Part shown: piece after piece, positions 9,666-17,804 of the stretch
Numbering within the stretch: the stretch's first letter is position 1
How the letters are laid out: each line of letters begins with the position of its first letter
Assembly: GCA_963700635.1 (NCBI GenBank)
Contig: CAVOYH010000003.1
Location: 832,001 to 896,000 of the forward strand
Direction: 5' to 3'
Source of the DNA: an uncultured Bacteroidota bacterium
GTDB lineage: Bacteria; Bacteroidota; Ignavibacteria; UBA10030; UBA6906
Length of the DNA stretch: 64,000 nucleotides
Notes under the pieces: model-generated
Database searches by the model: none
What the model saw: only the letters and a program-made list of their open reading frames with translations
Told to the model about the DNA's origin: nothing
Position numbers and translations under genes: made by a program

Positions 9666-10217
9666 ATGAAAACGAAATTGTTGCTCCTGCTCCTCGTCGG
9701 GCTTCTGGCAACCACCGGTTCCACGTGCATTAATGACGGCTTTCTCGTTGCGGTAAACCTGCCCATCAAGGCATGTTTTAAGATCAACGCAGGGCCAAAT
9801 CTGGTGTTCTCGGGAGCACAGGCCGTCAAACTGGCGGATCTGATCGACGCGTCGTATCTTGACAACATCAAAAATGCCCGGTTCTATGACGTCCGCGTCA
9901 GCACGACGGGCTCCTATAACGGGACCGTGTATCTGGTGGGGAACATCGACGGGACAAAGCTCATCGAGTCGAAGACTCAACCCTGGCCCTGGAGCGATTT
10001 TCTCACACCACAATCGCTGCTCGGTGGATCCACAAAGATCACGGTGAATCAGCCCGGACTTGCGCAGCTTGTCAGCCGGCTCAATGAGTTTAAGACCAAT
10101 CCTGACGTGACCGTGATACTGTCGGCCAACGGAACGTTGAGCGGACAGTCGCCTGTTCCTGATGGTCTCGAGGTGTGCCTCGAGATTCTCGCGCAGGTTG
10201 ATGCTGAAGTAAAATAG
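9666..10217 (+). CDS. Hypothetical lipoprotein
   Basis: MKTKLLLLLLVGLLATTGST-C lipobox-like signal; GGAG RBS; beta-rich mature region. Confidence 0.7.
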   Translation: MKTKLLLLLLVGLLATTGSTCINDGFLVAVNLPIKACFKINAGPNLVFSGAQAVKLADLIDASYLDNIKNARFYDVRVSTTGSYNGTVYLVGNIDGTKLIESKTQPWPWSDFLTPQSLLGGSTKITVNQPGLAQLVSRLNEFKTNPDVTVILSANGTLSGQSPVPDGLEVCLEILAQVDAEVK

Positions 10218-10237
10218 TCCCGACACTGCAACCACGA

Positions 10238-11500
10238 GTGGCCATACAACGGGATCGTTCAGCATCTCAGGAAGGATCCAAAAATATTCTGGGAATGGGA
10301 CGTGATGAACTCCGGAAGTTTGTCACAGACCTGGGTGAGCGGCCCTATCGCGGTGACCAGTTGTTTCAGTGGTTGTATTCCAGGGGGGCGGCCACGTTCG
10401 GTGAAATGACCGATCTTGCACAGGCATTCCGGCATCAGCTGGATGCCTGTGCGCATATCGGAGGTGTGCGCCAGGTCAGCCACCAGCTTTCTCCGGCCGA
10501 CGGGACGACGAAGTTTCTTTTTACGCTTGCCGATGGTCTGAAGATCGAAAGTGTGCTGATACTTCCGGCTTCTGCATTTGAAGCAGAAATGCCCGGGGAG
10601 CCCGAGACCCGTACGCCGCGCGAACGTCTTACGCTCTGCGTCTCTACACAGGTTGGATGTCCGCTGGATTGTGTATTCTGCGCCACCGGCACCATGGGGT
10701 ACCTCCGTAATCTCACCGCAGGTGAAATTGTGGATCAGGTGCTCGCGGTCAACCGTCTGACCGGGCGCACCGTGACTAATGTTGTGTTCATGGGCATGGG
10801 TGAACCCATGCTGAACTACGGCCCGGTTATGCGTGCGGGGGAAATCTTTATGGAAGGGCTGGACATCGCTGCACGAAGGATCACCGTCTCCACAGCCGGA
10901 TGGGTTGATGGAATTGTCCGGATGGCGGATGAACGGCGGCGTATACGACTCGCCGTGTCGCTCCACAGTGCCGAAGAGGAAACACGGCAGGCACTGATGC
11001 CCGTAACGCGGCGTTTTCCATTAACGTCGCTGCAGAATGCACTCCGCCATTATTATGCACGTACAACGATGCGTGTGACGTATGAAATGGTGTTCTTTGA
11101 CGGTGTTAACGATACGGCGAGGGAACTCAGGCGGTTAAAAACATTCGCGCGTATCGTGCCCTGTAAAATTAACATTATTCCGTATCATTCAATCGCTTTT
11201 ACGGGGCCGGAGGGATTTGCAGCATCATTACGTCCATCGCCCCGGCTGCCGGATATTGTCGCAGAACTCAAGCGCGCGAAACTGACAGTGATGGTGCGAA
11301 GCAGTGCCGGGGAGGACATTGCAGCCGCGTGCGGTCAGCTGGCCGTTCAAGAGCCAGGAGCAAAACGAGCCCGCGGCGGGACACACAGTATTGACAGGAT
11401 CCAGTCCTTACAAAACAACGACCCCACAGGTACAAATGCGAATTCTCATCTTCGGTCCGCCGGGAGTAGGGAAGGGAACACAGGCAAAGTTACTCGCTGA
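10238..11500 (+). CDS. rlmN: 23S rRNA/tRNA m2A methyltransferase RlmN (radical SAM)
   Basis: CVSTQVGCPLDCVFCATG, VVFMGMGEP and DIAAACGQL; long C-terminal tail overlaps adk. Confidence 0.93.
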   Translation: MAIQRDRSASQEGSKNILGMGRDELRKFVTDLGERPYRGDQLFQWLYSRGAATFGEMTDLAQAFRHQLDACAHIGGVRQVSHQLSPADGTTKFLFTLADGLKIESVLILPASAFEAEMPGEPETRTPRERLTLCVSTQVGCPLDCVFCATGTMGYLRNLTAGEIVDQVLAVNRLTGRTVTNVVFMGMGEPMLNYGPVMRAGEIFMEGLDIAARRITVSTAGWVDGIVRMADERRRIRLAVSLHSAEEETRQALMPVTRRFPLTSLQNALRHYYARTTMRVTYEMVFFDGVNDTARELRRLKTFARIVPCKINIIPYHSIAFTGPEGFAASLRPSPRLPDIVAELKRAKLTVMVRSSAGEDIAAACGQLAVQEPGAKRARGGTHSIDRIQSLQNNDPTGTNANSHLRSAGSREGNTGKVTR

Positions 11501-12092
11501 AGAGTTTGGCATCCCTCACTACTCAACGGGGGAAATGTTGCGCAGCGCAGTGACGGCACAGACTCCTCTGGGGCTCGCGGCGATAGAGTTTATCGATGCC
11601 GGCCAACTTGTCCCGGACCAGGTCATGATCGGCATCGTCCGCGAAACACTGGAAAATCCGGCAATTCACAAGGGCTTCATCCTGGATGGCTTTCCACGCA
11701 CGGTGCCGCAGGCCAAAGCCCTTACGGAGATCTTCAAGAAGATCGGCATTACGGCGTTCACCGTCATCAATCTGGTGGTCGACGATGAGGAAATTGTCCG
11801 TCGTCTGGGGAGCCGGCTTCTCTGCCCCAGCGAAGAGAAAACATTCAGCAGTGATCTTGACGATGTGCGTGTGTCCGCCCCATGTCCCTCGTGCGGCAAA
11901 CCCCTCATCCAGCGTGAGGATGATCGTCCGGCAACGGTACGCGAACGGTTGAAGGTGTATCATGCAAAGACCGAGCCCGTGCTAACATTTTATGAACAAC
12001 TTGGCGTTGTGGTAACGGTCGATGGCGCGGCATCGATTGACGTCGTGTATCGGGAAGTAAAGGCACTCCTGGGATCCCCCTCCCGCCCATGA
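11436..12092 (+). CDS. adk: Adenylate kinase (long LID)
   Basis: MRILIFGPPGVGKGTQA, STGEMLR, GFILDGFPRTVPQA and QREDD; start placed at ATG 11436. Confidence 0.95.
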   Translation: MRILIFGPPGVGKGTQAKLLAEEFGIPHYSTGEMLRSAVTAQTPLGLAAIEFIDAGQLVPDQVMIGIVRETLENPAIHKGFILDGFPRTVPQAKALTEIFKKIGITAFTVINLVVDDEEIVRRLGSRLLCPSEEKTFSSDLDDVRVSAPCPSCGKPLIQREDDRPATVRERLKVYHAKTEPVLTFYEQLGVVVTVDGAASIDVVYREVKALLGSPSRP

Positions 12093-12826
12093 TGCTTGTT
12101 GCTGCTCACCGGGGGAGTTCGGGCACCGCGCCTGAAAACACGATGGCTGCCTTCCGGGGTGCCATTGCTGCGCGGGCCGACATGATTGAACTTGACGTCC
12201 GGTTTACGCGCGATCTCCTACCCGTGGTGATACATGACCGGACGCTCCGCCGTACAACCAGCGGCCGGGGTGCCGTGTCTGAATGTATGTACAACACGAT
12301 CGAACACGTCGATGCGGGGAGCTGGTTCGCCCCACGCTTTGCGGGTGAACGTATCCCGACACTCCAGAAGGTCCTTGAGGTACTCCCGGCGACGATCGGG
12401 ATCAATATCGAGGTGAAGACGGACAGTGACAAGCGGTCCAGATCGCTCCTCGCCCGCCGGCTTCAGCAGACCATTCGTGCCCATGCAGGGCGCAGGGAGA
12501 TTCTGGTATCATCGTTCGATCACCGGTTTCTGCGCCTCCTCCGTCGTTATGATTCCGCCATGATGATCGGGATACTGCTTCATCCGGTGCGGGCCCTGGC
12601 CCGCCGGCCATCCCGCCTGGCACGACGGGTACAGGCGGCGTTTGTGTTCTGCAGCCGCTCGTTTCTCCGGCGTTCGATGGTTGATGACGCCCATGCACAC
12701 GGAATCAAGATAGGCGTCTACACGGTGAATCACGTTGAAGATCTCGACCGCCTCAGACGTTTCGGCGTTGACCTGGTGTTCACAAACTACCCGTCCGCCA
12801 TCCGCATGGCATTACGGGACGAATGA
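12089..12826 (+). CDS. Glycerophosphodiester phosphodiesterase
   Basis: AHRG...APENT, IELDV, HDRTLRRTT and NIEVK motifs; ATGA overlap with adk. Confidence 0.92.
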   Translation: MMLVAAHRGSSGTAPENTMAAFRGAIAARADMIELDVRFTRDLLPVVIHDRTLRRTTSGRGAVSECMYNTIEHVDAGSWFAPRFAGERIPTLQKVLEVLPATIGINIEVKTDSDKRSRSLLARRLQQTIRAHAGRREILVSSFDHRFLRLLRRYDSAMMIGILLHPVRALARRPSRLARRVQAAFVFCSRSFLRRSMVDDAHAHGIKIGVYTVNHVEDLDRLRRFGVDLVFTNYPSAIRMALRDE

Positions 12827-12839
12827 AAAGGGATTAACC

Positions 12840-15455
12840 ATGAGCAGAGGATGGTGCGTGCCGGTCTCCGTTGCGACAGCGGTTCTTGCCTTCGGTCTTG
12901 CCGGATGCGGAGGTGGTGGCCGCGGAGATCCCGCGGCCCTCGATAGCGTGCTGATCCGGACGGAGACCCTGTTGACCGAAGGAAGGGATCTCGAGGCACG
13001 CTCTTACCTGCGCGGCACCTACCTCACCACTCCTGCTCTCTGGCGCGGACCATCGGTGCCGGAGGGTTTGCGCATGCTCGGGGAATTGTATCACTCCGCT
13101 GCACTGTTTGACAGCGCGTTCTACTTCTACGATCGATCCAGGGAGGAATATCGTAACCTGGCACAACGTTCCCGGGCGTATCAGATGACCTTTGCAATCG
13201 GATCGTTATTTCTGCAGATGAACCGTCCGCACGACGCCCGTGATCTGTATGAAGAGGCGCTCCGACTTGCAGTCGTGTTCGGGGACAGTACCGACGCACG
13301 CGACCTTCGTTGGGCTCTTCTGCCGGTGTATGCGGCAATAGAAGATTGGGAGGGGGAGAAAAAGGTGTCCGCCTTTCTTCTCAGCGCGGCACGCACGACA
13401 CATGACAGGCAAAATGAGGCGCGCGTACAGTACGAATCCGGACGTTCACTCGCGGCGCGCGGGAGGCCGGCAGAGGCAATTGATGCATTTCTGGGCGCTC
13501 TGACGCTTGCCGATCAGGCAAGGGACTCGCTGCTGGGTGCACAGGCGTTGGTGCACCTGGGTCTTGCTCTGGATGGTACCGGACGGAGTCGGGATGCGCT
13601 GGAAACGTTTGGCACAGCGATCCAACGTGTCACGGTACTGGCACGGAATCCGGATCTCCGTATTGAATTGTTCATGCGTATCGGGAATCTTTCTCTTCGC
13701 CAGAAAGAAAACGATCGCGCCCTGCAGAGTTTTCGCATAGCTCTGCCGCTCGCGCAGAAACGGCGTAATGCGCTTGCCGAAGCATATTGTACCATGCAAA
13801 TGGGCCACGCGACCATCCCGCGCAACCGCACGGACGCACTGTCACTTTTGCGCTCAGGGTACGATCAGTTCCGCGCGTTCGGCTATGGCCCGGGAGTAGC
13901 GTATGCACTGGTCAGCCTGGGCGAGATCGCGGAAGAAGAGAACCGCCTTACCGATGCGCTCCAACTGTACGACGCTGCGGCAAGGCAACAGTCAAGCCTG
14001 TTTGCCATCCGGTCATCGGATGATCTGTTTGAAGAATGTGAAACTTCGGCGCTCGGACCTGCGGGGAATGATGCATCCATAACGCTGGTATCTCTGCTTC
14101 TGCAACTTGGACAATATGAAGAGGCATTTGTAGTCCAGCAACGCAAAAACACAGCCGTGCTGTCCTCTGCATTCAGCATGTGGCGTTACCAATCAGGCAA
14201 CCCCGCAGTTGATGGCTTACTGACTGCGAGTGTTGACGCCCGGTCGGAACATTGCGGGGCGGAACGCGGGTTGGAACAGCTGATGTCATCACGTCCGGAC
14301 AATAAGGCCCTGCTCCGGGAGATCCATGCGGTGTTGCAGGCGAGCAAAGATCGTGTGGATGAATGTGCCGCAGAAATCCAGCACATCAGTCCCCGGCTTG
14401 CGCCCTTTGCAGGGGCGGGCGGCGTACGACCCGTGGATGTCCAGAACCAACTGGAGGAGGGGACCGCATTTCTCACATTCCTCCCGGGTCGGCGGTCGTG
14501 GTACACTTCGCTGATCACACGGGAGCAGGTGTCCTTTAAGGTGACGGCTCAGACGAGCGACCAGGTTCTACGCTCGGGACGGGACTATGTGCATGTGCTT
14601 CGGGAGCGTCTTATCGAGGCAGATTCGCTGGGTGCGGGGTATAGCCTGCTCGACAACCAGTTACGGGACCTTACGCGCAAACTCTACGAAGCACTCGTCC
14701 TGCCCGTGGAACTCTCCCTCCGCCCGGTCAAACGCTTGATTGTGCAGTTTCCAGCGGGCATGGCTGTACTTCCCGTACATGCGCTCCGCCGGAGCAGTTC
14801 TTCCGGGTACCCCTATCTCGTCGACCAGTGTGATGTACAGTACGTCGCCACCCCCCATGTACTGAGCAACAGTTCTGCATCAACCGGGGCGGTACAAAGT
14901 GTCACCTGTGTTGGTTTTCCGGGGTTCACGGGCTGGGATGTGGAATACGAGTTGCGTGATGTCCGGTATTTTTTCAAAGACGCGGGGATGCTGTTCGGCC
15001 GCGAGGCGACGATTGAGTCCTTGCGGAAAAACCGATCGGACGTCCTGCATATGGCTGTGGATATACAGTTCGGTCTGCGTGCCCCGCTTCTGGGCGCGTT
15101 GTACCTCTCCGATGGAGTTTCTTCGACGGGATACAGAAGAGTGCCACTCTCTTCGTTGGCGCAGTTGCCGGCGAACCGACTCGTTATTGTATCGAACTTG
15201 TCCTCGATGCCTTTAACCCTCGATCCCGGTCTCGCGTTCACCTTTGCGGCGAATGGCTCCGAGGGGATCGTCATGAACGTGGTGCCGCCTTTGCGCGGTG
15301 CGAAAAAAGCCTTCAGCGAATATCTCTACACCGCGCTGGCGACGGGAGCATCACCCGAGGTGGCATTCCGGAAGGCACAGCAGGAAATGATCAAGAAGCG
15401 GGAATTTTCGGCTCCGCAGTACTGGGCGCCGTTTCTGTACTGGAAAGGAAATTGA
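12840..15455 (+). CDS. TPR + CHAT-domain lipoprotein, predicted catalytically inactive
   Basis: LAGC lipobox and TPR-like helical repeats. The CHAT-type C-terminus includes LYEALVLPV, LPVHAL, GREAT, DVLHMAVD, LVIVSNL and AFRKAQQEMI...PQYWAPF. Confidence 0.8.
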   Translation: MSRGWCVPVSVATAVLAFGLAGCGGGGRGDPAALDSVLIRTETLLTEGRDLEARSYLRGTYLTTPALWRGPSVPEGLRMLGELYHSAALFDSAFYFYDRSREEYRNLAQRSRAYQMTFAIGSLFLQMNRPHDARDLYEEALRLAVVFGDSTDARDLRWALLPVYAAIEDWEGEKKVSAFLLSAARTTHDRQNEARVQYESGRSLAARGRPAEAIDAFLGALTLADQARDSLLGAQALVHLGLALDGTGRSRDALETFGTAIQRVTVLARNPDLRIELFMRIGNLSLRQKENDRALQSFRIALPLAQKRRNALAEAYCTMQMGHATIPRNRTDALSLLRSGYDQFRAFGYGPGVAYALVSLGEIAEEENRLTDALQLYDAAARQQSSLFAIRSSDDLFEECETSALGPAGNDASITLVSLLLQLGQYEEAFVVQQRKNTAVLSSAFSMWRYQSGNPAVDGLLTASVDARSEHCGAERGLEQLMSSRPDNKALLREIHAVLQASKDRVDECAAEIQHISPRLAPFAGAGGVRPVDVQNQLEEGTAFLTFLPGRRSWYTSLITREQVSFKVTAQTSDQVLRSGRDYVHVLRERLIEADSLGAGYSLLDNQLRDLTRKLYEALVLPVELSLRPVKRLIVQFPAGMAVLPVHALRRSSSSGYPYLVDQCDVQYVATPHVLSNSSASTGAVQSVTCVGFPGFTGWDVEYELRDVRYFFKDAGMLFGREATIESLRKNRSDVLHMAVDIQFGLRAPLLGALYLSDGVSSTGYRRVPLSSLAQLPANRLVIVSNLSSMPLTLDPGLAFTFAANGSEGIVMNVVPPLRGAKKAFSEYLYTALATGASPEVAFRKAQQEMIKKREFSAPQYWAPFLYWKGN

Positions 15456-15464
15456 GCCGGGTGA

Positions 15465-16358
15465 TCAGCGCCGGCGGATCTTAATGCTGCCAAGGCCTGA
15501 ATCGATGTTGATGTTCATCCGGCCTGAGGTGCGGTGATAATTGGAGGATATATATTCGTTCTCTCCCGCGCTCTGAAAGTCCTGGTCGCAGTCGAGTTTT
15601 GAGACCCAGCTCTTTTCGTAGATGACCCGCGCACCGATTTCTGCCGGGATGATGATCGTTACCAGGCCCAGTCCCACCTCGATGTCCACGTCGACTTCAT
15701 TACGCAACGTCCCGCCGAAATCCAGCGTGTACGATCCCATCCCTCCCTGAAAATGAAAACGGCGGAAGTTCGCGTTCGCCAGATTCCGTGCGTCAAACTT
15801 GCTCACCCCGGATTCGATGGACAGATTTTCAATCTGGCCGGGATTTGCCTCGTCGAATGCGAGCGACACATCGCTGGCGCCGGTCGAAAGAGTAAAATCC
15901 TTTACATTCAGACCGGTGAGATTAAAATCCCCGCGACCGACACCGAGTTGAACGTCGAATGAAATGGGCATGATGTCGGAGAACTTCAGGAACCATTTCC
16001 CCCTGTCGAAACTGTTGATCGTGAACGAATGACCCTTGCCGTCCTTTTCGATCTTCTCTTCACCCAGAGAGATATCCAGGAAACCTACCCGGTTACGGAT
16101 CGCATACTCAATATCCATCAGTCCCGCTGAGAGTTTTTCCGAGGCACTCTCGACATGCAGAACCTTTCCTGATTCACCCTTCCGGACAATAACTGTTCCA
16201 AACGCTGAAGAAAGTGTAACTTTGAGCTCCTTCTCGGTCGTGCGGCCGATTTCCCGTGTCTGCCCGGTGTCCTGGGGGTCAGACCTGCTGAACGCTCCGG
16301 GCGGGAAGAGCAACGGCACAAGTGCCAGCGATATGGTCGCAAAGAATCGGTTCATCAT
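15465..16358 (-). CDS. Exported LiaF/DUF2154-like (toast-rack) beta-repeat protein
   Basis: Signal peptide; repeated units LGVGRGDFNL, TGASDVSL, GGMGSYTLDF, VGLGLVTI and SGLGSIKI. Confidence 0.7.
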   Translation of the reverse strand: MMNRFFATISLALVPLLFPPGAFSRSDPQDTGQTREIGRTTEKELKVTLSSAFGTVIVRKGESGKVLHVESASEKLSAGLMDIEYAIRNRVGFLDISLGEEKIEKDGKGHSFTINSFDRGKWFLKFSDIMPISFDVQLGVGRGDFNLTGLNVKDFTLSTGASDVSLAFDEANPGQIENLSIESGVSKFDARNLANANFRRFHFQGGMGSYTLDFGGTLRNEVDVDIEVGLGLVTIIIPAEIGARVIYEKSWVSKLDCDQDFQSAGENEYISSNYHRTSGRMNINIDSGLGSIKIRRR

Positions 16359-16386
16359 GGTATGGTCGTACTGTTCTCTTTAATAG

Positions 16387-16412
16387 TACGGACACACGGG
16401 AAGAAGGTTGCA
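16387..16412 (-). promoter_or_regulatory. Putative ECF (SigW-like) promoter
   Basis: The minus strand reads TGCAAC-N16-CGTA between the sigma stop codon and the next ATG; the SigW consensus is TGAAAC-N16-CGTA. Confidence 0.6.
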
Positions 16413-16421
16413 GACATGCTG

Positions 16422-17081
16422 TTAGTAGTGCCGGATCCGGTGGCGAAGCTGTCTGTAGAGAAGCTCCCGGGCGCGGAAAATGTGGGCCTTTATCGTCCCG
16501 ATGGGAAGCTTCAGGATCTCTGCAATTTCCTCGTACGATCGTTCTTCGGTGTGCCGGAGTACGATGACACGGCGGTATTTCTCGGGCAGTTGATCAATGG
16601 CCTCTTTCAGAAGTACGGCTTTCTGGTCATTCAGGAGATCCCGATCGGCTTCATATGAATCGTCAGGGAGTTCGAATGTGTAGTCGCTATCCTTCGACTC
16701 TATCGGCTTGTCGATCGAGAACATCTGAAGCTTACGTTTCCGGATGAAGTCTATAGAGTTGTTGGTGGCAATTTTGTAGAGCCAGGTTGAGAAGGCGTAT
16801 TCATCATTAAAGTTCTTGAGGGAGGCAAACGCTTTGATAAAGGCTTCCTGGGTGAGATCCTCAACCTGTTCGCGGTCGTGTACCATGCGGAAAACAAAAC
16901 CAAAAATCGCATCGTGGTACTTCTTCATCAGCTTGGAATAGGCCGCATCATCCCCCTCGAGTGCGTCCTTGATAAGCTGCGAGTCTTCAACACGCGAATC
17001 CAATCGCTTCTGCTCCTTTGAGGAAACAGAAGGGTCAAGGACTTTGCGGTGTCGCGGGGATGTGGACTTGGGACGGGCCAT
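16422..17081 (-). CDS. ECF RNA polymerase sigma factor (SigW/RpoE-like)
   Basis: EDLTQEAFIKAF, FSTWLYKIATN and SYEEIAEILKLPIGTIKAHIFRAR; start placed at ATG 17081. Confidence 0.93.
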   Translation of the reverse strand: MARPKSTSPRHRKVLDPSVSSKEQKRLDSRVEDSQLIKDALEGDDAAYSKLMKKYHDAIFGFVFRMVHDREQVEDLTQEAFIKAFASLKNFNDEYAFSTWLYKIATNNSIDFIRKRKLQMFSIDKPIESKDSDYTFELPDDSYEADRDLLNDQKAVLLKEAIDQLPEKYRRVIVLRHTEERSYEEIAEILKLPIGTIKAHIFRARELLYRQLRHRIRHY

Positions 17082-17094
17082 CGGAATGTGAAAA

Positions 17095-17169
17095 AAGGTA
17101 CAGAAAAGGCCTAAAAGGTGCAAGGAGGCAGATTGGCCGGTTGCTTCGGGAAACGGAAATCCGTACGTT
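17095..17169. promoter_or_regulatory. Divergent sigma70-type promoters (ECF gene and tmk)
   Basis: Minus strand: TTGCAC-N17-TACCTT (17123-17095). Plus strand: TTGCTT-N17-TACGTT (17141-17169). Confidence 0.55.
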
Positions 17170-17174
17170 GTGCT

Positions 17175-17804
17175 ATGTTTATGACGTTTGAAGGAGTCGA
17201 TTTCAGCGGCAAGACCACGCAGGCCCAAATCCTGGTGGAGAAACTTTCCCGGAAACGTGCGGTGTGCTTCCTGCGTGAACCAGGCGGAACGCCGATTTCA
17301 GAACAAATCCGCAAGATCCTCCTGGACCGGAAAACCCTGGAACTTACGCACGAGGCAGAACTCCTGCTGTTCTCAGCAAGTCGCGCCCAGCTTGTCGCCC
17401 AGGTCATCCGTCCCGCTTTGCAACGCGGAGAGATCGTCATCTGTGACAGGTTCTATGACTCCACGACGGCCTACCAGGGGTATGGGCGCGGCCTCGATCT
17501 GGACGCCGTGCGCACGGTCAATACCTTCGCAACGAACAACCTTGTGCCGGATCTGACGATCGTTGTGGACATACCAGTGGAAGAAATTGAACGGCGGAAG
17601 CAGGCAGCCGGAAAAGGGTTCGATCGTATGGAATCCGCGGGACGGGAGTTTTTTGAACGTGTCAGAGCCGGATACAACACACTATGCGAACAGGATCCGC
17701 GGCGGGTGATCCGCGTCGACGGTCTGCGGCCCGTCGAGGTAATCCACGCCGACATTCTGAACATCGCCACACAGGCTATGGGCATTCATGAACAATCAGT
17801 GTAG
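17175..17804 (+). CDS. tmk: Thymidylate kinase
   Basis: FMTFEGVDFSGKTTQ, REPGGT and CDRFYDSTTAYQG. Confidence 0.95.
   Translation: MFMTFEGVDFSGKTTQAQILVEKLSRKRAVCFLREPGGTPISEQIRKILLDRKTLELTHEAELLLFSASRAQLVAQVIRPALQRGEIVICDRFYDSTTAYQGYGRGLDLDAVRTVNTFATNNLVPDLTIVVDIPVEEIERRKQAAGKGFDRMESAGREFFERVRAGYNTLCEQDPRRVIRVDGLRPVEVIHADILNIATQAMGIHEQSV

Noticed and set aside
12840-17081. CRISPR-associated (Craspase-like) or anti-phage reading of CHAT + sigma
   Set aside because: No cas genes or repeat-spacer array are present, and the CHAT protein is an exported lipoprotein without its catalytic dyad.
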